64,000 nucleotides of DNA. Origin: an uncultured Pirellulales bacterium. Lineage in GTDB: Bacteria; Planctomycetota; Phycisphaerae; Sedimentisphaerales; SM23-30. A program made the position numbers and the translations under genes. Positions 33,952-44,388 of this stretch are shown in pieces; the stretch's first letter is position 1; each line of letters starts with the position of its first letter. Location: NCBI GenBank assembly GCA_964580995.1, contig CAZOMV010000002.1, positions 38,904 through 102,903 of the forward strand, read 5' to 3'. The notes beneath the pieces were generated by a model. It made no database searches. It was given only the letters and a program-made list of their open reading frames with translations, and was not told the DNA's origin.

Positions 33952-34749
33952 TTATTCACAAATTGTATTACTCTGGTCATTGCAGTCCAGCCAACTCTGG
34001 GCGAAGATAGCAAAATCTTCCAGATTCACATAGCAGTCCCAATTAAAATCCATCGGAAGCTGGGTCGTACAACTGTCACTGATGGCAAAAGAAACGGCAT
34101 TCCAATCCGTATTAGCCAAATCTGCCGGGCCATGCGCACAGACCATCACATCGATTGTATCGCCGGCTGTCACCTCGCAGGTATCGGAAAACGCCATGGG
34201 GCTTTCGGGTGTTACACCTATTTGTTCCAGCAGGACCGTGCGCTGATTGGGATCCGCGGCAACACTTTTCACGATGTAAGCATCTACCAGGCCTCCCTGG
34301 CTCAGATACATGGAGGCATCTATGGAGACGACACTGGGAGCAGCAAACGAGGCAGGAGCGGTCCAGCGGATCAGGGCAGGGACTTCCACGGCAGGCCCCG
34401 TAGTAGTATAACCGGGTTTCATGCCATGCACTCCGGCTGGCACGCCGACTTCGGGTCCAACCCAAAGATGCGGTGCAGCCCCCTGCCATTCCTTCAACCA
34501 CAATATGTTAGCCCCTACCCTTACCCCACTATCCTCCAACAATCCCTCATAGATAGGAATTCTATTGGGATCGGTGGGATCGCCTACAGCGTATCCATAG
34601 GACCAGATGCCATTGTCATTGATAGAGGCATTCATATCGGTATTTACATTCCAGACATCCGCCGAGGCAAGACTGCATACAGACACATTTACCACGGTGA
34701 TCAGCGTCCCTATAGCCAGGAAACATTTTAAACTTATTTTCGTTTTCAT
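33952..34749 (-). CDS. Secreted protein: one uncharacterised module of about 200 aa plus a dockerin-like Cys-containing tail
   Basis: It has a signal peptide. The module carries the motifs WNVNTDMNASINDNGIWSYGY, IRWTAPA and AGDTIDVMV. The tail is LPMDFNWDCYVNLEDFAIFAQSWLDCND. Confidence 0.7.
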   Translation of the reverse strand: MKTKISLKCFLAIGTLITVVNVSVCSLASADVWNVNTDMNASINDNGIWSYGYAVGDPTDPNRIPIYEGLLEDSGVRVGANILWLKEWQGAAPHLWVGPEVGVPAGVHGMKPGYTTTGPAVEVPALIRWTAPASFAAPSVVSIDASMYLSQGGLVDAYIVKSVAADPNQRTVLLEQIGVTPESPMAFSDTCEVTAGDTIDVMVCAHGPADLANTDWNAVSFAISDSCTTQLPMDFNWDCYVNLEDFAIFAQSWLDCNDQSNTICE

Positions 34750-34956
34750 TTTTATTATTCTCCAAAACTATTTTTGTACCACATTCTAAATTCAAAAGCG
34801 GACGACTATCCGTGAGCCGGATACTTTCCCAGATCAAATCAGGATCTGCTCTTTCCACCAACTTCTTCTCTTTGTTCTTTTCACAACATTTCCATTGTGG
34901 ATCATTCGAACCGGCCGGATACCTAACCCGGCCGGTTTTACCGGATGAAAGTTGGT

Positions 34957-36282
34957 TTATTGACAACCTGGATCACTGATGTCATTGCAGTCCAGCCAGC
35001 TTTGGGCGAAAATGGCAAGATCTTCCAGGTTCACATAGCAATCCTCATTAAAGTCCATGGGAAGGTAAGTCACACAGGTTAGAAAACCTTCGGATATGGT
35101 AATCGAAGTAGCCGTCCAATCGCTCACCGCCGCACCTGCCGGACCAAGCATACAATCAATGGTGTCGCCTGCTACAATCGTGCATTCCGTTTTAGACGCA
35201 AAGGGGGCTGCGATGGATACACCATTTTTTGCATCCAGGATCGTTTGCTGATTGGCATCCCCGGCAATGCTTTTCACTACTTTAACATCTACCAAGCCAC
35301 CGGGTCTGGTTGGTTGAAATGATGCTTCAATTATGATATTAATAGGAGTAACAATGGCGGCAGGGGCGGTCCAGCGGAATATGGCTGGTTCACCGCCTGC
35401 ACCAGGGTGCATACCATGCATGCCACGGGGCACATCAACACCTGCGCTGCCTTTCCAAATGTGTGGTCCCCCGTGAGTGCCTTCTACCCAAATAAATCGT
35501 TCTCCTGCTACCGCACGAACATCATCGATCAAGCCTTCAAAGACAGTAAAATTGGGATCGCCGTATCCATAGGACCAGATGCCATTATCATTGACAGAGG
35601 TATCCATGTCTGTATTCAGATCCCACGGGGTAACACCAGGATCTTTTGGCGCATCGGTGATGGTAATAGCTGTCGTAGTCCAATCATTAGCTGGGCTGCC
35701 TGCCGGGCCGACCATAAAATCAATCGTGTCGCCTGCTGCAACCGTGCAGGGAGTTGAAAACGTAACGCCGTCTGCGGAGGTTATACCTGTTTCACGCAGT
35801 AAAAACGTTTGCTGATTGGGATCCCCTGCCACGCTTTTCACGATAATAACATCTACCACGCCAGAGTTGACGGGCTGAAACCATCCATGAATTGACATAT
35901 TAGTAGGAGTAACGATAGTGGCAGGAGCGGTCCAGCGGATTACGGCTGGGACATCACCTCCAAGGGTTTTCACACCGCCATTCATGCCATGGAATCCAAG
36001 GGGCACTCCAACAAGGGATCCAACGAAAATGTGTGGAACCGCACCATTCACGTCCTTGATCCAGATATTATTTGTTCCTCCGGATGAACCCCCATTATCC
36101 AGTAACCCTTTATAGGCAACTATGTTAGGATCGTTTGGATCAAATTCCGCATATCCATAGGACCAGATGCCATTATCGCCTATGGATGCGTTCATATCCG
36201 TATTCACATCCCAGGTAGTCGCCGAGGCAATACTGCCTAGAGACACACCCAGCATTGCAATCAACACCAGTACCTTTTTCAT
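34957..36282 (-). CDS. Secreted paralog with two tandem copies of the same module plus a dockerin-like tail
   Basis: The start is placed at MKKVLVLIAMLGVSLGSIASA (ATG 36282). The motifs are repeated (WDVNTDMNASIGDNGIWSYGY / WDLNTDMDTSVNDNGIWSYGY; IRWTAPA / FRWTAPA; AGDTIDFMV / AGDTIDCML). The tail is LPMDFNEDCYVNLEDLAIFAQSWLDCND. Confidence 0.7.
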   Translation of the reverse strand: MKKVLVLIAMLGVSLGSIASATTWDVNTDMNASIGDNGIWSYGYAEFDPNDPNIVAYKGLLDNGGSSGGTNNIWIKDVNGAVPHIFVGSLVGVPLGFHGMNGGVKTLGGDVPAVIRWTAPATIVTPTNMSIHGWFQPVNSGVVDVIIVKSVAGDPNQQTFLLRETGITSADGVTFSTPCTVAAGDTIDFMVGPAGSPANDWTTTAITITDAPKDPGVTPWDLNTDMDTSVNDNGIWSYGYGDPNFTVFEGLIDDVRAVAGERFIWVEGTHGGPHIWKGSAGVDVPRGMHGMHPGAGGEPAIFRWTAPAAIVTPINIIIEASFQPTRPGGLVDVKVVKSIAGDANQQTILDAKNGVSIAAPFASKTECTIVAGDTIDCMLGPAGAAVSDWTATSITISEGFLTCVTYLPMDFNEDCYVNLEDLAIFAQSWLDCNDISDPGCQ

Positions 36283-36630
36283 CTTACTTTCCTCCGATTG
36301 GCAAAACGGTTTTTCTCGCTTTGTCAATTTGTAAAAAAGACCATACAATAAAACACACGCACTTTCGTGCACATATACAGAAAACTACGTACGGATGAGA
36401 TTATGATTTGCACACGTAACAAGAAGAGAACACAGACAAAATCCAAGTGAAGCGTTTTCTCATCCTTTGAATTTATACGTTAATCATAACGACATGATAA
36501 CAAGTTGTCAAGCGAAAAGTAACAATAGCATAAGGGATAAATATTTTATAAATAAGAAGTTGCGCTAATTTAACTTCTTATTTCATAACAATTTAACCCA
36601 TGTCGTCGGTGGTTTTCCAAGACTTGATTG

Positions 36631-36660
36631 AAAAAAAACGAGGCTTGGGGCCTCGTTTTA
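36631..36660 (-). terminator. Rho-independent terminator of rpmB (bidirectional shape)
   Basis: The stem is CGAGGC / GCCTCG. A plus-strand A8 run (T8 in minus-strand reading) is on one side and TTTT on the other. Confidence 0.8.
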
Positions 36661-36690
36661 TAAAATCGATTCATATTTTGGTATAATTCG

Positions 36691-36960
36691 TTATGCGGTT
36701 GCTTTTTCTGGTTCGCCGCTCCAGTTCCGTTTGGGGGATTTAGTGACCATACCGTTGCGAATGGCTTTGGCGGAGACCCGCAGGCGGACAATCTTACCAT
36801 CCACCAGGGCCCGGACCTTCTGGATATTGGGTTTGAACTTGCGTTTGCTGATCCCGGTTATCTTGCGACCGACTCCGCCTAAGTATTTGGCTTTACCGCG
36901 CCGGGAGATGCTCCGACCAGCCCGGGTTCGTTTACCTGTTATTTGACATACTCGCGACAT
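36691..36960 (-). CDS. rpmB: 50S ribosomal protein L28
   Basis: The sequence is MSRVCQITGKRTRAGRSISRRGKAKYLGGVGRKITGISKRKFKPNIQKVR, a canonical L28 N-terminus. Confidence 0.92.
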   Translation of the reverse strand: MSRVCQITGKRTRAGRSISRRGKAKYLGGVGRKITGISKRKFKPNIQKVRALVDGKIVRLRVSAKAIRNGMVTKSPKRNWSGEPEKATA

Positions 36961-37265
36961 ATATAACTCCTTACTTTCTTTAAGACCGGGTAATCTAGCC
37001 TCTCATCAGGAAATATGCAAGTATTTTTTTTAATAATCAGGGTAAAAAAACCATAATTTACCTTCGCCAGGGAATCATGGTATGGAAACATATTTTCAAT
37101 TGTATAAATTGTTATTTAGTTATATATACATACAACATACAATACGATTTAATATTATGATTAAACGGATCGGCTGCCGCTACCCCCGGCTGATCTGCCC
37201 ATCTCCGAATCCCTGATGCGGAACCACTATGGACGGAAACGCCAAAAGTATGAAACAGGATCGGG

Positions 37266-38270
37266 TTAGTGCATCATGGCCGCTATCTGGCTCACCAGGA
37301 GATAGGTCAGGGCCGAGAGGGCCGCCGCCGCTGGAATGGTCAAAATCCAGGCCCAGACGATGTTCCCGGCGACGCCCCAGCGGACGGCGCTGAACCGCCG
37401 GATGGATCCGACTCCCATGATCGCTCCGGTAATGGTATGCGTCGTGCTGACCGGAATCCCCCAGGCGCACGAACCCAGCAGGGCCAGGGCCGCGGCTGAT
37501 TCCGCGCAAAAGCCGTCCACTGGTTTGAGTTTCGCCACTTTTTGGCCCATGGTCTTTACGATTCGCCAGCCGCCCGACATGGTTCCCAGGGCGATGGCAG
37601 CCTGGCAGGTGATAACCACCCAGAAGGGAATATAAAACTCCGGTCCCAGCCAGCCGGCACTGAACAGCAGGCTGGCAATGATCCCCATGGTTTTTTGGGC
37701 ATCGTTGCCCCCGTGCCCCAAACTATATAATGCCGCCGATACCAATTGCCCCTTGCGAAAAATATGATCCACCCGGGCCGGCGAACTGCGCCGGCAGATC
37801 CAGTACACCACAAATCCGAATACCCGCCCCATCAGCAGCCCGAAGAGCGGCGAAATCACGATGAACGCCACCGTTTTTAGAATCCCCTGCCAGACCAGGC
37901 CATCCAGTCCGCCTTTGACCAGGGCCGCACCCACCAGGCCGCCGATCAAGGCATGAGAGGAACTGGTCGGCAGCCCGAAATACCAGGTGAAGATATTCCA
38001 CCCGCAGGCCCCCACCAGCGTGCCGAATATCACCGCCCGGTCCACCAGCTCAATGTCAATGATTCCCTTGCCGATGGTATTGGCCACATGCAGGCCGAAA
38101 AACAAAAAGGCGATAAAATTGAAAAAAGCCGCCCAGATCACTGCATGCCGTGGAGTCAGCACCCGCGTCGAAACTATCGTGGCTATGGAATTGGCCGAAT
38201 CGTGAAAACCGTTCAAAAAATCAAATACCAGCGCCAAAACGATCAGGAATATAATACTGCATGTCATCAT
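37266..38270 (-). CDS. Inorganic phosphate transporter, PiT family
   Basis: It has the duplicated PiT signature (FLNGFHDSANSIAT and GHGGNDAQKTMG) and a multi-TM body. Confidence 0.9.
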   Translation of the reverse strand: MMTCSIIFLIVLALVFDFLNGFHDSANSIATIVSTRVLTPRHAVIWAAFFNFIAFLFFGLHVANTIGKGIIDIELVDRAVIFGTLVGACGWNIFTWYFGLPTSSSHALIGGLVGAALVKGGLDGLVWQGILKTVAFIVISPLFGLLMGRVFGFVVYWICRRSSPARVDHIFRKGQLVSAALYSLGHGGNDAQKTMGIIASLLFSAGWLGPEFYIPFWVVITCQAAIALGTMSGGWRIVKTMGQKVAKLKPVDGFCAESAAALALLGSCAWGIPVSTTHTITGAIMGVGSIRRFSAVRWGVAGNIVWAWILTIPAAAALSALTYLLVSQIAAMMH

Positions 38271-38896
38271 TAGGCTTGCTTGACCAGAATCGAGTTGACT
38301 ACCAGGGCCACATCCTCACAGACATCCAGGACCGTTTCCGCGTCCTGATAGATATCTTTCCATTTGATTACGGTAATGGGATCGGTATGATTGTTGAACA
38401 GTTCCGCCAGGATCCGGTCCCGCATGGCATCGCCGACATTTTCCAGGCGATGGACTTCCACGCACGCCTCCTCTACCACCGGAACATTTTTGAGATTCCG
38501 CATCCCTTTGATCGCGCAGGCCACCGCCTGAACCGACGCTTCGATCACCACGGCGAATTCCACCAGATTTTTGTCCACTTCACAAATATTATAAATCCGC
38601 AGCCGGCTCACGATCGAATTGATCATGTCGATAATATTGTCCAGCTCCATCGCCAGGGAATAAATATCCTCCCGGTCAAAGGGCGTGATAAAGGTTTTAT
38701 TCAACTGATTGATAATGGTGTGCGCCACTTCATCCCCCTCATGCTCAATCGACTTGATCTTGCTTAACGTCATATCCGTAATCCGGCCCTGCGAAACAAT
38801 TCCCCGAAAGAATTGCGCTGCCTCAACCGCGTGACCCACCTGTTTTTCAAAAAGTTCAAAAAAATTACAGTTCCGGGGGAAAAACTTGAAAAACAT
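38270..38896 (-). CDS. DUF47/PhoU-like regulator partner of PiT
   Basis: The start is placed at MFFKFFPRN. The helical body is PhoU-like. Its stop codon overlaps the pit start codon (TAATG). Confidence 0.85.
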   Translation of the reverse strand: MFFKFFPRNCNFFELFEKQVGHAVEAAQFFRGIVSQGRITDMTLSKIKSIEHEGDEVAHTIINQLNKTFITPFDREDIYSLAMELDNIIDMINSIVSRLRIYNICEVDKNLVEFAVVIEASVQAVACAIKGMRNLKNVPVVEEACVEVHRLENVGDAMRDRILAELFNNHTDPITVIKWKDIYQDAETVLDVCEDVALVVNSILVKQA

Positions 38897-39058
38897 CGCT
38901 TCTCCTGCATCTGTTTGGGCGTGTTTCCGCATAGATCATAACGGGAAACAAACAGGCCGGCTCGTGACCGGGCTATGACTTTCTAAAAAAACTCGTATAA
39001 TTCTGGAAATCTATAATCGATATCCCCCACCCTGTCAAGTGAAAAAAAACCGGCTTTT

Positions 39059-42000
39059 TTATGCCGATGATGCCTGTTGGCTGGAATGCTTCGCCTGGTG
39101 CTCTTTCCACCCGCAGTACAGGACCGGCACGATCAGCATGGTAATCAACTCGATGGTCATCCCGCCCAGGCTGGGAATCGCCATCGGCACCATGATATCG
39201 GCGCCCCGGCCCGTCAGGGTCAGCACCGGCACCAGCGCCAGGATCGTGGTCGTGCCGGTCATCAGGGCTGCCCGAATCCGCCGCTTGCCCGACCGGATGG
39301 TGGCCTCCCGGATCTGCTGGACTGTTGCCGGATTGGTGTCCCTGAATTCATGCATCAGGAACGTCCCCATGACCACCCCGTCGTCGTCGCTGATGCCGAA
39401 CAGGGCCAGAAAGCCCACCCACACCGCCACGCTCAAATGGATGGGATGCACCTGGAACACTTCCCGCAACTGGCTGCCGAATACCGAAACATCCAGAAAC
39501 CAGCTCTGCCCGTACAGCCAGATCAGCAAAAACGCCCCCGACCAGGACACCAGCACTCCCACGAAAACCATCAGCGTCATCCATACCGAGCGAAACTGAA
39601 AATACAGCACCAGGAAGATCGTGAACAGCGAAACCGGCACCATGATCAGCAGCGTCCGGGCGGCATGGATCTGATTTTCATAGGTCCCCGCAAAGGTGAT
39701 ATCCACGCCCGCCGGCCGCACCCATTCGCCGCCGGCCTCTTTCTGCCGGATCAGCCCGCGCACCGCCTCCACCACATCCACCTCCGCATACCCGTCCTTT
39801 TTATCAAACAGAACATACCCCACCAGCGAGGTATCTTCGCTTTTAATCACCTCCGGGCCCCGGACATACCGGATCTGCGCCAACTGGACCATCGGGATCT
39901 GCGCCCCCTCGCTGCCGGCCACCAGCACCTGGCTCAGCGACTCGATACTGTCCCGCAGCCCCCGCGGGTAGCGCACCCGCACCGGAAACCGGTAGCGGCC
40001 CTCCACCGTTGTGGTAATATTCACGCCCCCGAGGGCAATTTCCACCACGTTCTGGAAGGCTTCAATCGTGATCCCGTACCGCGCCAGCGCCGGCCGGTCC
40101 GGCACGATTTCCAGATACGGCTTGCCGATAATCCGGTCGGCGATCACCGTCGCCGGCTCCACCCCCGGGCATTCCTTCAGGAGCTTTTCCATCGCAAAGC
40201 CCACGGCTTCGATGGCCGCCAGATCCGGCCCCTTGATCTTCACTCCCATCGCCGCCCGCATCCCGCTTTGCAGCATGACCAGCCGGGCCGCAATCGGCTG
40301 CAATTTCGGGGCACTGGTCGTCCCCGGTATTTCCGCCGCCGCCAGGATCTCCTTCCAGATATCCTCCGGCGACTGGATATGGTCCCGCCACTGCCGGCAG
40401 GGCCGGCCCGCCGCATCCTCGATCAGTTCCCCATTCGCATCCCGGACAAAACGTTCCTGCTGCCGGTCATACCGGAAATTCACCCGCCGCCCGGCCTTAT
40501 CCGTGATATATTCCGGCTTGTAGTTAATGACCGTCTCCACCATCCCGATGGGCGCCGGGTCCAGGGCCGAATCCGCCCGGCCGATCTTGCCTACCACCAT
40601 CTCCACCTCCGGAATCGACCGGATCGCCGCATCCTGCTTCTGCACAATATCCAAAGCCTCGCCGATGGAGGCGTGCGCCATGGTCGTCGGCATATACAAA
40701 AACGAACCCTCATCCAGCGGCGGCATGAATTCCTTGCCCAGACCCGGGAACGTATGCACCGCCGCCGACCAGATGCGATTGGTCCGCAGGCTGCCGGGCA
40801 CAAAAGCAAAAAGCCGTTCCGCCCCAAACCAGATCATCACCCCCAATATTAATAAAACCGCCGGCAGGGATAAAAACAAAACCTTGTGTTTCAGGCACCA
40901 CCGCAAAATAGAAGCATAAAAATATTGAAACAGCAGAACCAGCCCGATTAATATCCCGATCAGACCGCCCGCGAAAATCAGGTTCCGCCCCAATCCTTTC
41001 TGGGCGCCCAGCGGTTCCCAGTCCGAAACCAGCAAAAACCCCACCAGCGCCAAAATCACCAGATTGGCCCCATACGGCGCCAGCTTCTGAATTTTCGGCG
41101 GCAGCCAATCCCGGAACAAATAATAACCGCTGAAAACCACCACCGCCAGGCCCACCGGCACGCTGAACCAGAGGGCCGCCGCCGCGCCGCCCGCCGCCAG
41201 CATGAGGTAGAAAAGAATCCGCAAATAACTTCCCCGCCGCCGCCCCGGGAAAAACAACAGATGCGCCAGGGGCGGGATCAGCGTCAAACTGATGACAATC
41301 GAGGCAAACAGGGCAAAGGTCTTGGTGAACGCCAACGGTTTGAATAGCTTGCCTTCCGCCCCCGTCATGAAAAAGATCGGCAGAAAACTGATGATCGTCG
41401 AGGCCATCGCCGACACGATCGCGCTGCCGACCTCGGAGGCCGCCCGATGGATCACTTCCGCCCGCGGCATATCCGGCGGCTCCTCCTTCATGTGCCGCAG
41501 AATACTCTCGCAGATGACAATCCCCATATCCGTCACCGCCCCGATGGCGATGGCGATCCCCGACAGGGAAACAATATTGGCATCCACCCCGAAAATCTTC
41601 ATCATAATAAAGCAGCCCAGCACCGCCAGCGGCATTACCGAACTGATCAGCAGGCTGCTCCGCACATGCATGACCATGATAATAATCACAATGACCGTCA
41701 CCAGAATTTCCTGATAGATGGCATCGTTCAGCGTGCCCAGCGTCTCATAAATCAGGCCCGTCCGGTCATAAAAAGGCACGATCCGGACCTGGGAAACCGT
41801 GCCGTCCGCCAGCGTCTTCTGCGGCAGCCCCGGCGCAATCTCTTCGAGCTTCTTTTTGACGCCCTGAATCACCGCCAGCGGGTTGGACCCGTACCGCGCC
41901 ACCACCACGCCGCCCACCGCCGCCGCTCCCTCTTTGTCCAAGGCCCCCACCCGCACCTGCGGCCCGGTCGTCACCTTGGCTACGTGCTTGATTAAAATGG

Positions 42001-42889
42001 GCACATTATTCGTGACCCGCACCACACTGTTTTCCAGGTCCTCCACATTCTTGATAAACCCGATACTGCGGATCAAATACTCCACCCGGTTGATCTCCAG
42101 CGTCTGCGCCCCCACATCCAGATTCGACTGCCGCACCGCCTGAAACAGCTCCTCCAGCGTTATCCCATAAATCCGCATCGCCTCCGGGTCCGCGTCAATC
42201 TGGTATTCCCGCACAAAACCCCCGATGGAGGCCACCTCGCTTACTCCCTCCGCCGAACGCAGCTTCCAGCGCACCTGCCAGTCCTGAATCGTCCGCAGCT
42301 CCTCCTGGTCCCACCCGCCCGTCGGCTGATTATTCTTGTCGCGGCCCTCCAGCGTGTACCAGAAGATCTGCCCCAGCGCTGTGGCGTCCGGCCCCAACAC
42401 CGGCTGAACCCCCTGCGGCAGCGTCCCGCTGGGCAGACTGCTCAGCTTCTCCAACACCCGGCTCCGCGTCCAGTAAAAATCCTTCCCTCCCGCCGCCTTT
42501 TCATAAAACGAAAAATCCTTGAATATAATGTAAATCGTGGAAAACCCGAACATCGAACTGCTGCGAATAGTCTTGACATCCGGTATCCCCAGCAGCGCCG
42601 TCGTCAGCGGATACGTTACCTGGTTCTCCACATCCTGCGGCGAACGGCCCGGCCAGTCCGTAAAGACAATCTGCTGATTCTCCCCGATGTCCGGAATCGC
42701 ATCCACCGCCACCGGATTACGAGGAAAATCCCCCAGCTCCCACTCAAACGGCGCTGTGTAAATTCCCCACAAAATCAAAAATCCCGCCAGGATCCCCACC
42801 ACCAGTTTATTGTATATGCAAAATCCCAGTACCCGGCCCACCAGCGATTTCTGCTCCGGGGTCTGCTCGTATGGCTTTTCCTGCATCAC
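39059..42889 (-). CDS. Heavy-metal efflux RND permease, CusA/CzcA family (unusually long, 1276 aa)
   Basis: The N-terminus is CusA/CzcA-like (LVGRVLGFCIYNKLVV...DAIPDIGENQQIVFTDWPGRSPQDVENQVTYPL). It has the 12-TM RND body plus an extra hydrophobic insertion mid-protein. Confidence 0.9.
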   Translation of the reverse strand: MMQEKPYEQTPEQKSLVGRVLGFCIYNKLVVGILAGFLILWGIYTAPFEWELGDFPRNPVAVDAIPDIGENQQIVFTDWPGRSPQDVENQVTYPLTTALLGIPDVKTIRSSSMFGFSTIYIIFKDFSFYEKAAGGKDFYWTRSRVLEKLSSLPSGTLPQGVQPVLGPDATALGQIFWYTLEGRDKNNQPTGGWDQEELRTIQDWQVRWKLRSAEGVSEVASIGGFVREYQIDADPEAMRIYGITLEELFQAVRQSNLDVGAQTLEINRVEYLIRSIGFIKNVEDLENSVVRVTNNVPILIKHVAKVTTGPQVRVGALDKEGAAAVGGVVVARYGSNPLAVIQGVKKKLEEIAPGLPQKTLADGTVSQVRIVPFYDRTGLIYETLGTLNDAIYQEILVTVIVIIIMVMHVRSSLLISSVMPLAVLGCFIMMKIFGVDANIVSLSGIAIAIGAVTDMGIVICESILRHMKEEPPDMPRAEVIHRAASEVGSAIVSAMASTIISFLPIFFMTGAEGKLFKPLAFTKTFALFASIVISLTLIPPLAHLLFFPGRRRGSYLRILFYLMLAAGGAAAALWFSVPVGLAVVVFSGYYLFRDWLPPKIQKLAPYGANLVILALVGFLLVSDWEPLGAQKGLGRNLIFAGGLIGILIGLVLLFQYFYASILRWCLKHKVLFLSLPAVLLILGVMIWFGAERLFAFVPGSLRTNRIWSAAVHTFPGLGKEFMPPLDEGSFLYMPTTMAHASIGEALDIVQKQDAAIRSIPEVEMVVGKIGRADSALDPAPIGMVETVINYKPEYITDKAGRRVNFRYDRQQERFVRDANGELIEDAAGRPCRQWRDHIQSPEDIWKEILAAAEIPGTTSAPKLQPIAARLVMLQSGMRAAMGVKIKGPDLAAIEAVGFAMEKLLKECPGVEPATVIADRIIGKPYLEIVPDRPALARYGITIEAFQNVVEIALGGVNITTTVEGRYRFPVRVRYPRGLRDSIESLSQVLVAGSEGAQIPMVQLAQIRYVRGPEVIKSEDTSLVGYVLFDKKDGYAEVDVVEAVRGLIRQKEAGGEWVRPAGVDITFAGTYENQIHAARTLLIMVPVSLFTIFLVLYFQFRSVWMTLMVFVGVLVSWSGAFLLIWLYGQSWFLDVSVFGSQLREVFQVHPIHLSVAVWVGFLALFGISDDDGVVMGTFLMHEFRDTNPATVQQIREATIRSGKRRIRAALMTGTTTILALVPVLTLTGRGADIMVPMAIPSLGGMTIELITMLIVPVLYCGWKEHQAKHSSQQASSA

Positions 42890-42906
42890 GTTTGCTTGCC
42901 TTTTCG

Positions 42907-44349
42907 TTAGGGGTGCGGATTCATCATGCTCGGTTTGGCCTGAATCTGCAGCGCCGCGTCAATCTTGAAATTGCCCCGGGTCACCACCTTTTCCCCCTCC
43001 CGCAGGCCGTCCTTGACAAGGTAATAGTCACCCGCCCGCGGCCCCAGCCGGATTTCCCGCCCCTCATATACTCCCTCCTCGTCCGCCGCCACATACACAA
43101 TCGCCTGCTTGCCTGTCAGCAGCGGCGCGGTCGCCGGGATCACCAGCGGCGCCTGCTGGCCCACCTCGTCCGGACCCACATAGCCCAGCGACTCCGCCGT
43201 CACCAGCGCCATCCCGCAGGTATCGCAGGCCCCCGGCGCATCCTTCACAATCTCCGGGTGCATCGGACAAATCCACTTTCCCGCCAGCTCCGGCCCCACC
43301 ACATAACCGTCCTCCGTTAACGGTACCCGCACCCTCCCCCGTACCAGCATCTCCGGCTTCAGCTTGCCGGCGCTGTTATCCACATTCACCCGTACCCGCG
43401 TCGTCCGCGTTTGGGGATCGATCACCGGATCGAGGAACGCGATCTTCCCGTGAAACAGCTCCCCCGGATAACTCTCCGTGGCAAATTCCACTTCCTGCCC
43501 GTATCGAATCATCGCCAGGTCGGATTCATACGCCTCCAGTTTCACCCATACCCGGCTCAGATCGGCCACCGTATAGATTCGTGTCCCCGTCTCGATATAA
43601 TCCCCTTCCCGAATCAGCTTTTCAATCACAATCCCGCCGATCGGCGCATAAATCGTGATATGATCCGTCGGTTCCGCGCGGTTTTCGATCGCGCTTACCT
43701 GCTCCTCCGTCAAGCCCCACCGCCGCAGCTTCTGCCGCGCTGCCGTCACCGTCTGCCGCGCGGTTTCCCGGATGCCTGCCAATTGGCTCTCCTGCGTCTT
43801 TTCCACCGTCTTCAGCGCCTGGATCAGTTCCTGCTGTGCCGTCAGCAGCTCCGGGCTGTATAGCTCCGCCATGTGGTCCCCTTTTTGCACCGGGATCCCC
43901 GTATAGTCCGCATACAGCCGGTCGATTCGCCCGCTCACCCAGGCCGTTATATACGCCAGCCGCGTCTCGTCAAAAGACACCTTGCCCACCATCCGGATTT
44001 CCGCCGTCACATACTTTCGCTCCACGACTGTCACTTCGATTTCCGCCAATTTTTGGGCCGCCGCCGACAACCGGAGCTCCGTAATTCCGATTGCCCCTTG
44101 AGAACTCTCGCTATAGACTGGCGTCAAATTCATCCCGCACACCGAACATCGCCCCGGCCCATCCTGCTTAATCTGCGGATCCATCGAACAGGACCAGAAT
44201 AAAATCTTCCTCTGCGAATCCGCCTTCCCTTGCTCTACCGGCGGACGGATCGCCGCTTTTCTCCCCCCCAGATAATATCCCAGGCCAAAAACCAGAATCC
44301 CAGCCGCCGCCAGGATAAAATATTTCCCTGTATTTCTCATGGTCTTCAT
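42907..44349 (-). CDS. RND periplasmic adaptor (CusB-like) with two Cys-rich metal-binding modules
   Basis: The MFP barrel/lipoyl motifs include the GMFVRV-like region (KLKPEMLVRGRV). The two modules are CSMDPQIKQDGPGRCSVCGMNL and CPMHPEIVKDAPGACDTCGMAL. Confidence 0.9.
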   Translation of the reverse strand: MKTMRNTGKYFILAAAGILVFGLGYYLGGRKAAIRPPVEQGKADSQRKILFWSCSMDPQIKQDGPGRCSVCGMNLTPVYSESSQGAIGITELRLSAAAQKLAEIEVTVVERKYVTAEIRMVGKVSFDETRLAYITAWVSGRIDRLYADYTGIPVQKGDHMAELYSPELLTAQQELIQALKTVEKTQESQLAGIRETARQTVTAARQKLRRWGLTEEQVSAIENRAEPTDHITIYAPIGGIVIEKLIREGDYIETGTRIYTVADLSRVWVKLEAYESDLAMIRYGQEVEFATESYPGELFHGKIAFLDPVIDPQTRTTRVRVNVDNSAGKLKPEMLVRGRVRVPLTEDGYVVGPELAGKWICPMHPEIVKDAPGACDTCGMALVTAESLGYVGPDEVGQQAPLVIPATAPLLTGKQAIVYVAADEEGVYEGREIRLGPRAGDYYLVKDGLREGEKVVTRGNFKIDAALQIQAKPSMMNPHP

Positions 44350-44388
44350 CCCAAACGAGAACCGGTTACGATTCGAATCCGCTGACTA

